Assembly (NCBI RefSeq): GCF_016714285.1
Contig: NZ_JADJNN010000012.1
Coordinates: forward strand, 218,040-282,039
Length of the DNA stretch: 64,000 nucleotides
Reading direction: 5' to 3'
DNA from: Nannocystis sp.
GTDB lineage: Bacteria > Myxococcota_A > Polyangia > Nannocystales > Nannocystaceae
The notes under the pieces were generated by a model. The model saw nothing but the letters and a program-made list of their open reading frames with translations. It did not search any database and had not been told where the DNA came from. The stretch's first letter is position 1, and each line of letters opens with the position of its first letter. Below, piece after piece: positions 40,337-49,398 of the stretch. Made by a program: the position numbers and the translations under genes.

Positions 40337-42313
40337 CTACTGCGGGAGGGTCTCGAGGTCGAGGCCGCCGGGGTACCAGTAGCTGGTGTACTGGCCGTAG
40401 CCGTAGACGCTGATGCCGACCGGGAGGTCGGACTTCACGTCGTGGTTGCCGTCGATGTTGTTGCCGAGCTTGACGCGGGCGACGCCGAAGTTGGTCGCGC
40501 CGATCGGCGTAAAGCCGCCGACGGCGACGGCGTCGAGGGTGACCTTGGCGGCCATCGGGGCGACGATGTTGACGTAGTTGGTCTCGTAGTTGATCGGCGC
40601 GTGGAACAGGTAGGTCTTGCGAAACTGCTCGGTGGCGACGGCGAGGGCCATCGCGGGGTCGCCCGAGTTACCGCCGGCGTCCTGACCGAGCATGGTCTGG
40701 GCGATGATGATCTTCTTGTCGGAGGTGACCTCGAAGTCGGCCTTGGTCTGGAGGATCTCGATGTACTGGCCGCCCTTGGCGATGTTCGCGGGGGCGCCCT
40801 GGGGCGGGTCGTAGGTGAGGTTGGTGTCGTCCTCGGTGGCGACGATGCGGACCATCTGGGCCTTGGGCACGTTGCCGCCGGTGGGGATCAGCGGCGGGGT
40901 GACGATGTACTTCTTGGCCAGGGTCTCGTAGGGGAACATCGACTCCTCGAGGTGGTCGCAGTAGCCGACGTCGAAGGGGACGAACGAGCAGATGTGGCCG
41001 CCGATGACCTGGATCGGCTTGTCGGCCTTGACGCGGGTGCCGGTGACGTCGGCGATGCTGGGGTTGCCGTTGACCTCGGACGAGAAGACCTCGAGCACGT
41101 CGCCGCGGTTGAGCATGATCTGGCCGGTGCCGTCGGCCTGGACGCCGCCGCCGGCCTTGACCAGCTTGCCGGTCTCGGAGGGGCTGAGGGTGACGGTGGT
41201 GCCGTTCTCGCTGGCGGTGACGGCGTAGAAGCCGGAGATGCGGGTGCCGAAGTTGACGGCGTCCCAGGTGTTGCGGGCGACCACGAAGTAGTCGCCGCTC
41301 CACACGTTGACGGGGAGCAGCAGCGAGGCGTCGTTGGTGAACGAGTTGCCGCCGTTGAGCTGGTACTCGAGCGGGTTGTACTGGTAGACGGTGACCGGCT
41401 GGTCGGAGCGCAGGCGGTAGGCGCCGCCCTTGACGTTGATCGAGGCCGGGGGGTTCTGCACGCTCTTGAGGGTGAGGTCCCACGGGAGGGTGATGGCCTT
41501 GACGCTCTGCGGGCCGACCATGTCGTTCTTGATGACCTGGCCGTTCTTCTCGATCACGATCTTCGCGTTGCTGTCAGTGGTGTTGGCGACGGTGACGGCG
41601 AAGTTGAAGTTGTTGGCGACGATGTTGGCGGTGACGGTGGGGTAGTAGTCGCAGCCGATGTAGCTGGTGCCGAGCGACTTGGGCGCGCAGTTGCCGAGGC
41701 ACTGGCCGCTGTTGGCGTCACAGGTGACGCCCTGGACGCCGTCGCAGAAGTACTCGTCCTCGGCGGTGCCCTCGGCGTTGCAGACCTTCGAGATCTCGCC
41801 CTCACACTTGGCCTCGTTGGGGACGCAGAACAGGCAGCCGAGGTCCGGGGCGCAGCCGTTGTCGCAGGGGGTCTCGTCGGTGAAGCCGCCCATGCCGTCG
41901 CAGGTCTTGGCGGTGTCACCTTCACAGATGATCGTGCCGGCGTCGCAGGGGGGGCCGCCGGTCGAACCGCTCGAGCCGGCGCTGGTGCTGTCGCCGATCG
42001 AGGTGCTGTCGCCGCTGGTGGTCTGGGTAACCACGCCCATGGTGGTGCCGGTCGACGCGTCGGTGGTCGGGCCCGCGGTGGTGAGGCCGGTGGTGCCTTC
42101 GGTGCCGCCCATCGTGCCCCCGGTCGGGACGTCGGTGGTCGGGGTCTCGCTGGTGGGCGCCACGGTGGTCGGGTTGTCGGTGGCGCTGGCGGCGGTGCCA
42201 GTGCTGCTCGACTCGCCGGTGGTGGTGGTCGCGGTGCCGTCGTCGCTGCAGGCGGAGGCGACGAGGCCGAGACAGAAGAGGGCGTGCGGGGAGGAGGGTA
42301 GGCGAATGCTCAT
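40337..42313 (-). CDS. Cys-rich secreted lipoprotein, paralogue 1 (possibly IgGFc-binding-N-like beta domain)
   Basis: MSIRLPSSPHALFCLGLVASAC lipobox, Thr-rich linker, a Cys-rich module, then a large beta-rich domain. About 55% identical to the next gene over roughly 500 aa (...GTSYIGCDY...AVTVANTTD...GAYRLRS.QPVTVYQY...YGYGQYTSYWYPGGLDL...). GAGAGG RBS. Confidence 0.7.
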   Translation of the reverse strand: MSIRLPSSPHALFCLGLVASACSDDGTATTTTGESSSTGTAASATDNPTTVAPTSETPTTDVPTGGTMGGTEGTTGLTTAGPTTDASTGTTMGVVTQTTSGDSTSIGDSTSAGSSGSTGGPPCDAGTIICEGDTAKTCDGMGGFTDETPCDNGCAPDLGCLFCVPNEAKCEGEISKVCNAEGTAEDEYFCDGVQGVTCDANSGQCLGNCAPKSLGTSYIGCDYYPTVTANIVANNFNFAVTVANTTDSNAKIVIEKNGQVIKNDMVGPQSVKAITLPWDLTLKSVQNPPASINVKGGAYRLRSDQPVTVYQYNPLEYQLNGGNSFTNDASLLLPVNVWSGDYFVVARNTWDAVNFGTRISGFYAVTASENGTTVTLSPSETGKLVKAGGGVQADGTGQIMLNRGDVLEVFSSEVNGNPSIADVTGTRVKADKPIQVIGGHICSFVPFDVGYCDHLEESMFPYETLAKKYIVTPPLIPTGGNVPKAQMVRIVATEDDTNLTYDPPQGAPANIAKGGQYIEILQTKADFEVTSDKKIIIAQTMLGQDAGGNSGDPAMALAVATEQFRKTYLFHAPINYETNYVNIVAPMAAKVTLDAVAVGGFTPIGATNFGVARVKLGNNIDGNHDVKSDLPVGISVYGYGQYTSYWYPGGLDLETLPQ

Positions 42314-42371
42314 GCATCGGAGCCTCTCAGCTCTGCGTGCGGGCCGCAATCGCCGATGTCCTGCCGGGGGG

Positions 42372-42428
42372 CCCCAGGACCCAGGCCCCAGGATCCAGGC
42401 CCCAGGACCCAGGCCACAGGACCCAGGC
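42372..42428. repeat. 4 x 14-15-nt tandem repeats (cccaggacccaggc) between the two paralogous lipoprotein genes
   Basis: Seen directly; lies 59-115 nt upstream of the paralogue-1 start. Confidence 0.8.
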
Positions 42429-42444
42429 CCCGGAGACAGGTGCT

Positions 42445-44334
42445 TCACCCGGGGATGAGCTTGAGGTCGAGGCCGCCCGGGTACCAGTAGCTGGTGTACT
42501 GGCCGTAGCCATAGACGGTGACGCCGAAGGGCTTGTCGCCGGCGAGGGAGTGGTTGCCGTCCATGTTGTTGCTGAGGGTGACGCGCATGACGCTGTAGCC
42601 GGTGGTGCCGATCGGCTTGAAGCCGTTGACCGGCTGGCCGTCGAGGGTGATCTTGGCGTCGCTCGGGGCGACCAGGTTGGCGTAGTTGTTCTCGTAGCTG
42701 AGCGGGGCGTGGACCAGGTAGCTGTCGCGAAACTGCTCAGTGGCGACGGCGAGGGTCATGGCGGGGTCGCCGGAGCTGTCGTTGCCCTGGCCCTGCATGT
42801 ACTGGGCGACCAGGATCTTCTTGTCGCCGGTGATCTGGAAGTCGGTGAAGTTGGCCGACATCTCGAACCAGTCGCCGGCCTTGGCGAGCATCGTCGGGGC
42901 GCCGTTCTGCGGCGGCTCGTAGCTGATCGTGGTGGCGTCCTCGGTGGCGATGACGCGGACCATCTCGGCCTTGGGGACGTTGCCGCCGGTGGGGATCAGC
43001 GGGGGGGTGACGATGTAGCTCTTGGCGAGGGTCTCGATCGGCAGCATGGCCTCCTCGAGGCGGTCACAGGCCTGGGTGCCGAGGGGGACCTGGGTGCACT
43101 TGTGCCCGCCGAACACGGCGACCGGCTTGTCGGAGCTGACGAGGGTGCCGGTGAGGTCAGCGTCGGGGATCTGGCCGGTGGTCTTGGTGAAGACCTCGAG
43201 CACGTCGCCCTCGTTGAGCTTGATCTGGCCGGTGCCGTTGGACTTGACGCCGGCGCCCGCGTACACGGAGGCACCCGTGGCGCCGGGCGTGAGGGTGACG
43301 GTGGTGTCGTCCTCGCGGGCGACGACGGCGTAGAAGCCGGGCAGGTAGAAGTTGCCGGTGGTCCAGTGGTTGCGCGAGGCGACCATGTAGCTGCCGGTCC
43401 AGATGTGCGTCGGCAGCAGCAGGCTGGCGTCGTTGGTGTAGGAGAAGGAGCCGCCGACCTCGTACTCGATCGGCTCGTACTGGTAGACGGTGACGGGCTG
43501 GGTCGAGCGCAGGCGGTAGGCGCCGTCGACGACCAGCACGGTCGGGCCGGCCTCCTCGATGGTGGGTTTGACGAGGGCGTCGACGTAGGGGAGGTTGATG
43601 ACCTTGGCGGTGCCCGGGCCGACGCTGGTCATCTGGATCACGCCGTCGCCCTTGGTGATGGTGATGTCGGCGGCGGCGTCGGTCGTGTTGGCGACGACGA
43701 CGGCGTAGTTGAAGACCCAGGGCTGGGTCTCGTGCAGGTTGCTGAGGGTCGCGGGGAAGTAGTCGCAGCCGATGTAGCTGGTGCCGAGGGCGAGCTTCGA
43801 GCAGGTGCCGAGGCACTCGCCGGTGCCGGGGTCGCAGGTGACGCCCTGGACCGGATCGCAGGTCTCGGCGTCGACCCACTCGTACTTGTCGTTGCACTTC
43901 TGCGAGAGCATGTCGACGCACTGGTAGGTGTCGGGGACGCAGGGGGTGCAGCCGACGTCGTCGATGCAGGCGTCGGGACAGGCCTCCTCGCTCTTGTAGC
44001 CGCCGGTACCGTCGCAGACCTTGGCCGAGCCGGCTTCGCAGACGATCGTGTCCTCGGCGCAAGGGGTCGAGCCGGTGCTGGCGGCGACACCACTGCTGCT
44101 GGCGTCGCCGCTGGTGCTGATCACCGCCATCGTGGTCTCACCCGAGGTGGGACCGCCGGTGGTGAGATCGGGGGTGCCGGTGGTCGTCGGGGTGCCGGTG
44201 GTGGGCGTGACGGTGGTCGGGCCGGGGCCGGTCTCGGTCTGGCTGGCGAAGGAGGTGGCGTCGCCGTTGTCGCCGCAGGCGGCGAGGAGCAGCGCGAGCG
44301 CGAGAGGGCCGGGGGTTCCGTGCGTCCAATTCAT
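42445..44334 (-). CDS. Cys-rich secreted lipoprotein, paralogue 2
   Basis: MNWTHGTPGPLALALLLAACGDNG lipobox; same architecture as paralogue 1. Confidence 0.7.
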   Translation of the reverse strand: MNWTHGTPGPLALALLLAACGDNGDATSFASQTETGPGPTTVTPTTGTPTTTGTPDLTTGGPTSGETTMAVISTSGDASSSGVAASTGSTPCAEDTIVCEAGSAKVCDGTGGYKSEEACPDACIDDVGCTPCVPDTYQCVDMLSQKCNDKYEWVDAETCDPVQGVTCDPGTGECLGTCSKLALGTSYIGCDYFPATLSNLHETQPWVFNYAVVVANTTDAAADITITKGDGVIQMTSVGPGTAKVINLPYVDALVKPTIEEAGPTVLVVDGAYRLRSTQPVTVYQYEPIEYEVGGSFSYTNDASLLLPTHIWTGSYMVASRNHWTTGNFYLPGFYAVVAREDDTTVTLTPGATGASVYAGAGVKSNGTGQIKLNEGDVLEVFTKTTGQIPDADLTGTLVSSDKPVAVFGGHKCTQVPLGTQACDRLEEAMLPIETLAKSYIVTPPLIPTGGNVPKAEMVRVIATEDATTISYEPPQNGAPTMLAKAGDWFEMSANFTDFQITGDKKILVAQYMQGQGNDSSGDPAMTLAVATEQFRDSYLVHAPLSYENNYANLVAPSDAKITLDGQPVNGFKPIGTTGYSVMRVTLSNNMDGNHSLAGDKPFGVTVYGYGQYTSYWYPGGLDLKLIPG

Positions 44335-44456
44335 GTCGGCGACACTCGCACGCTTCACGGGCTCGTCGCAAACACGGCCTCGACCTGGAGCGGGACCTGA
44401 AGCGGGGCTGAAGCGGGGCTGAAGCGGGGGCTCCAGCTTTGCTCCCGTTGGCTCGC

Positions 44457-46358
44457 TCAGGGCTTGAAGACGTGGGTGTAGCGGGCCACCTGCTCGGAGG
44501 CGGGGAAGCGCAGGCGAGAGACCAGCGGGGCGAGGCAGCGGAGCAGGGCCGCGTCGCCCTGGTGCTCGCCGAGGTCCATGGCGACGCCGTTGTGGCGCGG
44601 GCCGCCGACCTGCAAGGAGAGCTCCAGGCGGGCGAGCGGGGGAGCATGGCTGCGCATACACCGATGCACGCCGGGGGTGACGGTGTCGATGAGGCGGTGG
44701 AAGGTGGCCTCGGGCGGGGCGCCAGGGGTTCGCGGTGAGGCGAGCTCGGGCTCGGCGGCAGGCGGGCGCTTGCGGGGCCTCGGGGGCTGCGCTGCGTGGT
44801 CGTCGTTCGTGGGGGCGCGGCCGCTGAGCTGTGGACCGGACGCCTCGATCGCGAGTACGGGCGGGACCCCGGGGCCGGGCGCCTCGATCGCTGGTAGTGG
44901 GTGGGGTGCCGCGGCGGGGATCGGGATCGTGGGGCCGGGGTCCACGGTGGTGGGGATCGGGTCAGCGAGGGCCGTGGCGGCGCCTGTGGGGGCGCTAGCG
45001 AGGGCTGCCGCGCTGGCGTCGAACCAGGTGTCGCGGGGGCCGCCTGGGATCGTCGCGGCGAGCAGGATGCCGGCGAGGGCGAGGACCAGGCCGAGCAGGC
45101 CGCTGCGTAGGTTGGGACCGCGGCCGAAGGCGGGCACCAGGATCATCGTGGTCGAGGTGGAGGCGCCAGCTCCGAGGCCAGCTCCTGGGCCAGCGCCTGG
45201 GCCAGCGCCGAGGTGGTGGGCCGCGCGGGCGGGCAGCATGCCGAGGCGCCACAGGCCCGAGGGTTCGGCTTCGGCCTCGTGGATGGCGATCGTCTCGGCC
45301 TCGGCGTCGGCGGCGGCGCCACGGATCGCCTGCGCCATCGCGTGGGCGCTGGGGTAGCGATCGGCGCGGTCCTTGGCCAGGGCGCGCAGGACCACGGCCT
45401 CGAGGGTGGCGGGGATCTCCGAGCCGGCGGCGCGGCGCAGGGGCGCCGGCGGGGTCTCGATGTGCATCCGCATGATCGCGGCCGGGTTGTCGCCGGTGAA
45501 CGGCAAGCGGCCGGTCAGCAGCATGTACATCATCACGCCGAGCGCGTAGATGTCGACGCGGTGGTCGCAGGTGAAGCCCTGGATCTGCTCCGGGGCGAGG
45601 TACTCGGGGGCGCCGAGGCGGCCGGGCGGCGTCGGCCGACCGGTGCTGGGCATCAGCCGCGCGAGGCCGAGGTCGAGCACCTTGACGAAGGTGAAGGGCG
45701 GGCCCTCGTCGAGGTCGCGCTCGAGGGCACGATCCGGGCGCCGGTCGGGGTCGTGGCCGTCGCGGCGGACCAGGAAGCAGTTGCCAGGCTTGATGTCGCG
45801 ATGGATGACGCCGCGGTCGTGCGCGGCCTGCAGCGCGGCGCAGACCTGGACGGCGATGGTGACGACGCGGCGCCACGGGAGCGGGCCGGGGCGGGCCTCG
45901 AGCAGGGCGTCGAGGCTCTCACCCTCGAGGAACTCCATCACCGAGTAGAGCAGGCCGTCGTCGCTCTGGCCGAGGTCGGTGACGGCGACGCTGTGCTCGT
46001 GGCGGAGCCGGGCGCCGAGCAGGGCCTCCTGGTGGAAGCGGCGGCGGAAGTCCTCGTCGCCGCAGTAGTCAGGGTGGAGCACCTTGACGGCGACGGCTGT
46101 CCCGAGGGTCATGTCGCGCGCCTCGTAGACGGTGCCCATGCTGCCGCCGCCGATCCGCCGGCGCAGGCTGTAGCGGGCCCCGAGCACGCGGCCCGAGAGA
46201 TCCGGCGCGCGCACGACCGGGAGCGGCAGCTCGGCGTCAGCCGAGGCCCGGGGTTGCTTGCTCGAGGTGAACCGGATCTCCACCAATCTCTCTGAGATTT
46301 CATGGATCGCGCAGGATGTCCACCGCTCTGATCCTGGGCTTCGATCAGGTGCTGTCAT
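44457..46358 (-). CDS. Ser/Thr protein kinase with one TM helix and a Pro-rich extracellular C-terminal region
   Basis: Kinase subdomains: G-loop LGARYSLRRRIGGGSMGTVYEA, VAVK, HRDIKPGN, DLGLA, APE. TM segment GLLGLVLALAGILLAATI. Confidence 0.85.
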   Translation of the reverse strand: MTAPDRSPGSERWTSCAIHEISERLVEIRFTSSKQPRASADAELPLPVVRAPDLSGRVLGARYSLRRRIGGGSMGTVYEARDMTLGTAVAVKVLHPDYCGDEDFRRRFHQEALLGARLRHEHSVAVTDLGQSDDGLLYSVMEFLEGESLDALLEARPGPLPWRRVVTIAVQVCAALQAAHDRGVIHRDIKPGNCFLVRRDGHDPDRRPDRALERDLDEGPPFTFVKVLDLGLARLMPSTGRPTPPGRLGAPEYLAPEQIQGFTCDHRVDIYALGVMMYMLLTGRLPFTGDNPAAIMRMHIETPPAPLRRAAGSEIPATLEAVVLRALAKDRADRYPSAHAMAQAIRGAAADAEAETIAIHEAEAEPSGLWRLGMLPARAAHHLGAGPGAGPGAGLGAGASTSTTMILVPAFGRGPNLRSGLLGLVLALAGILLAATIPGGPRDTWFDASAAALASAPTGAATALADPIPTTVDPGPTIPIPAAAPHPLPAIEAPGPGVPPVLAIEASGPQLSGRAPTNDDHAAQPPRPRKRPPAAEPELASPRTPGAPPEATFHRLIDTVTPGVHRCMRSHAPPLARLELSLQVGGPRHNGVAMDLGEHQGDAALLRCLAPLVSRLRFPASEQVARYTHVFKP

Positions 46359-46482
46359 TTGTGAATTCTGGCTAACACTTGTTTCACGAGACGATGCTCG
46401 GTGAGGGCGGCGACAGGGATGTCGTGACGATGTTCACGGTGGCCTGTGCGGGCACTGGCGGTTTGCCGGAGTTGCCTCGCAA

Positions 46483-46582
46483 GGGTGCGTGGGTGTGGCT
46501 GGCCGTTCAGTCCTCGCCTGGCGTGCTTCGCTTCGCTCGCCCACCCGGCTGCGGATTCACGGCCAGCCACACCCACGCACCC
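46483..46582. promoter_or_regulatory. 23-bp perfect inverted repeat with a 54-nt spacer in the intergenic region upstream of the kinase gene
   Basis: 46483-46505 gggtgcgtgggtgtggctggccg pairs with 46560-46582 cggccagccacacccacgcaccc. Confidence 0.5.
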
Positions 46583-46804
46583 ACGCACGGTAACGCCGTG
46601 AACGGCGCTGGCGGCGGCTCTGGCTTGATCGCATCGCGTGGTTCGAAGCCAGGGCCGAGTCGGGCAGCTTGCGGCCGTGATCGGCCGCAAGATGCCCGAC
46701 ACCCTGAACCCGTTACCCGCCGCAGATCCGATTGCGTGCATCCGGGAATACGTGCACGTGACGCGATTGAGTTGCGTGGCGCATGGGAGTGCACGTGCGG
46801 CCAG

Positions 46805-46844
46805 CTCGTGGATCGGACAGCGAGCTCGCTGTCCGATCCACGAG
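46805..46844. promoter_or_regulatory. 40-bp perfect palindrome (no spacer)
   Basis: ctcgtggatcggacagcgag|ctcgctgtccgatccacgag, centred on GAGCTC. Confidence 0.5.
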
Positions 46845-46929
46845 ACATTCAAACGTGCGAAGCGTTGCCCGCGGAGGATCTGCGGCGGGTACCGGTTCCA
46901 GGGGTCGGGTCCGCGGCGGCCGTGGCCGT

Positions 46930-48144
46930 CTAGCCGGGAGGCATGGTCATGGGCTTGTTGCCGGTGGGCTCGCAGCCCCACTTGAAGTTGTCGAGGAAGA
47001 TGTAGCTGTCGAGGATCGGGTCGGCGAGGTCGAAGATCGCGAACACGACGGTGATCTGCTCGCCCGGGGTGACGCCGGCCGTGGTCTGCAGCCAGTTGGT
47101 GCCGGCGTGCTGACGCATGCAGGTGCCGCCGAACACCGCGAGGTTGCCGCCGTCGTCCTTGAAGTCGAGGAAGCCGGCGTTGAGCGAGATCGGGTGGCCC
47201 TGCTGATCGAAGGAGATGTTGCCGGTCCACTGCTCCGACTCGAGCCAGCCGATATACATGTCGTTGTATTGCGACTGGTAGTAGTCGGGGTATTCGACGG
47301 AGAAGAAGGCGAAGTCGTAGCTGAAGGAGGTGACGTCGGGCGGGACCTGCAGGGTGAAGCGCAGCTCGGCGTAGTCGAAGGCGGCGCCGCCGGCCTGGAA
47401 CTGGGCCTGGAGGGTGTTGGAGCAGTCGCCGGTGCCGATCAGGCCGGGGTTTTGCGTGCAGTCGCCGCCGACCTGGTTGATCTTGATCGGGGGCATCGGG
47501 TTGCCGACGTCGTTGTTGCCGGGGAGCTCGTCGTTGCAGTGGGTCGGGCCGAGGTTGCTGTCGCCGTTGGGGGTGACGAGGTTCAGGTCGGCGACCAGGC
47601 CGCTGCCGAGGACGGCGAACTGCGAGCCCTCGCGGGCGTTGTAGATGCCGGCCTGGCCGAAGTTGCTGCGCACGCCCATGGCGCCGACGTTGCCGAAGGT
47701 GGTGGCGTTGACCTGCAGCTCGCCGGGGCAGTTGAGGCCGATGGCGTTGAACAGGTTCTGGGTGCCGTTGTCGCAGGGCACGTGCTCGGGGATCGTGCAC
47801 ATGCACTCGGGGTTCATGGGGTCGGCCTTGCAGTCGATGTCGCCGGTGTCGACGGGGCCGCTGGTCGCGGGGGGCTCGCCGAGGTCGAACTTGGGGCCGT
47901 TGCTGTCGTCGCCGGTGTCGGCGGGCGGGTTGTCCGTGGCGGAGCCGCCGGTGCCGTTGCTGGTCGCCTCGGTGGCGGCGCTGGTGCCGGCCTCGGTGGC
48001 CGGGGCGGTGGCGGTGATGCTGCCGATGCCGGGGCCGCCGCCCACGTCCTCGCCGTCGTCGGAGCCGCTGTCCTTGCCGCAGCCCGTGAGGGCGAGCGCC
48101 ACCATGAGTCCGCGAATAACGGTGTTCGAGACGGAGGACATCAT
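46930..48144 (-). CDS. hypothetical lipoprotein with an N-terminal Cys cluster and a C-terminal beta-rich domain
   Basis: MMSSVSNTVIRGLMVALALTGC lipobox, then ...CKADPMNPECMCTIPEHVPCDNG...; 404 aa with balanced composition. Confidence 0.6.
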   Translation of the reverse strand: MMSSVSNTVIRGLMVALALTGCGKDSGSDDGEDVGGGPGIGSITATAPATEAGTSAATEATSNGTGGSATDNPPADTGDDSNGPKFDLGEPPATSGPVDTGDIDCKADPMNPECMCTIPEHVPCDNGTQNLFNAIGLNCPGELQVNATTFGNVGAMGVRSNFGQAGIYNAREGSQFAVLGSGLVADLNLVTPNGDSNLGPTHCNDELPGNNDVGNPMPPIKINQVGGDCTQNPGLIGTGDCSNTLQAQFQAGGAAFDYAELRFTLQVPPDVTSFSYDFAFFSVEYPDYYQSQYNDMYIGWLESEQWTGNISFDQQGHPISLNAGFLDFKDDGGNLAVFGGTCMRQHAGTNWLQTTAGVTPGEQITVVFAIFDLADPILDSYIFLDNFKWGCEPTGNKPMTMPPG

Positions 48145-48323
48145 GGCCTCACGGTACCGAAGTTCGCGGCGATGAGAAGGCTGGAAATGGGGTCGGCGAC
48201 CCGAGTCGGGGTCGGGGTCCGGGGCTGGAGGGGGCGCAGAACGCTGAACCACGGGAGCTGGCGGGCGATCTGTGTGGTGTTGCAACGACGGGGCGGCCGG
48301 CGGTGGTGAAAGTCACGGCGCTG

Positions 48324-49398
48324 TCAGTCGAGCAGGCGGATGCCGAACAGGCGGTGCTGCTGCTGGCGGAAGCGGGCCTCGTGGTAGAGGCCGAGGTAGT
48401 TGATCTCGGTCTCCCACGGGGGGCCGGCGCGCTGGAGGTGCTCGAGGCCGGCGATCACGTCCTCGAACTTGTGGATGAAGCGCCAGGCGGGGCGGTCGAC
48501 GCTGGCCTCGAGGGCGTCGAGGGCGGCGGTCAGCTTGCGGATCGCGGGCGGCTGGACGAAGCCGCGGCGCATGAGGTCCTGCACCGAGTTGGCGACGCGC
48601 TCGGGGGTGTAGCCGGCGGCGGCCATGGCGGTGAGGACGCGGACCAGGCCGGCGCCGGAGAGGAGGCCGGCGTCGAACAGGAGGACGGCGACCTGGAAGT
48701 AGTTGTAGTTGGCGACGACGCGGGCGCCGTAGGGGGCGAAGCGCTCGAGCGGGGAGCGGCGGTCGAGGTGGATGAAGATCCGGCGGACGACGTCGCCGGC
48801 GCCGGCGAGGCGGCCGTGCATACGTCATGATCTCGTCGACGTCGTGGCGGTAGACCTTGCAGGCGGTGAGGATCGCGGCCATGCGCTCGGCGGAGATCCG
48901 GCCGGCGAGGATGTCGGCGTAGAGGCTGTAGACGAAGGCGTCCTGCTCGGCGTCGTCGCCGAACAGGTACTCGTCCTGGGTCTCGTCCCCCAGGTGGCTG
49001 TGCAGGAGGGCCTTGAGCTTGTAGCCGACCTGGCCGCGCAGGGCCCGGAAGCGGCCGCGCAGGAGGTTCTCGAGGTTCGGCTTGAGGATGAAGACGTCGG
49101 GCTCGACGCCGTCGAGGCTGAGCTTGCGGGCGAGCACCTTGCGCATCTGCTGGGGCGAGCCGCTGATGAAGGTGACGTGGCGGTTGCTGCGGTCGGCGGG
49201 GTCGAGGAGGGCCTGCAGGAGGGCCTGGGCGCCGGCGATCGTGGCCTTGTCCTCGGGCTTCTGCCGGAAGGTCTTGATCAGGTCCTTGAGGGTGTCGAAG
49301 TTGGTCGCGAGGTAGGTCTTGTCGAGGTCCCAGCGCAGGTGGACGAGGCGGCGCGGGGGCCCGGCTCCGGGGGGGGTGGGCGGAGGCGCGTCGGTCAT
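48324..49398 (-). CDS. HAD-like DUF2183/App1-like phosphatase-family protein; frameshift near 48822
   Basis: N-terminal part (49398 down to about 48822 in the 738-aa ORF frame) has DxDxT (HLRWDLDKTYL) and ...FISGSPQQM.... The C-terminal part continues in the frame of ORF 48324..48821; the junction is ...atcatgacgt|atgcacggc.... The ATG overlaps the plsX stop (ATGA). Confidence 0.5.

Noticed and set aside
46638-46985. 115-aa plus-strand ORF in the kinase upstream region
   Set aside because: Cys/Arg-rich, no RBS, overlaps the convergent lipoprotein gene end and the hairpin-rich non-coding region. More likely non-coding.
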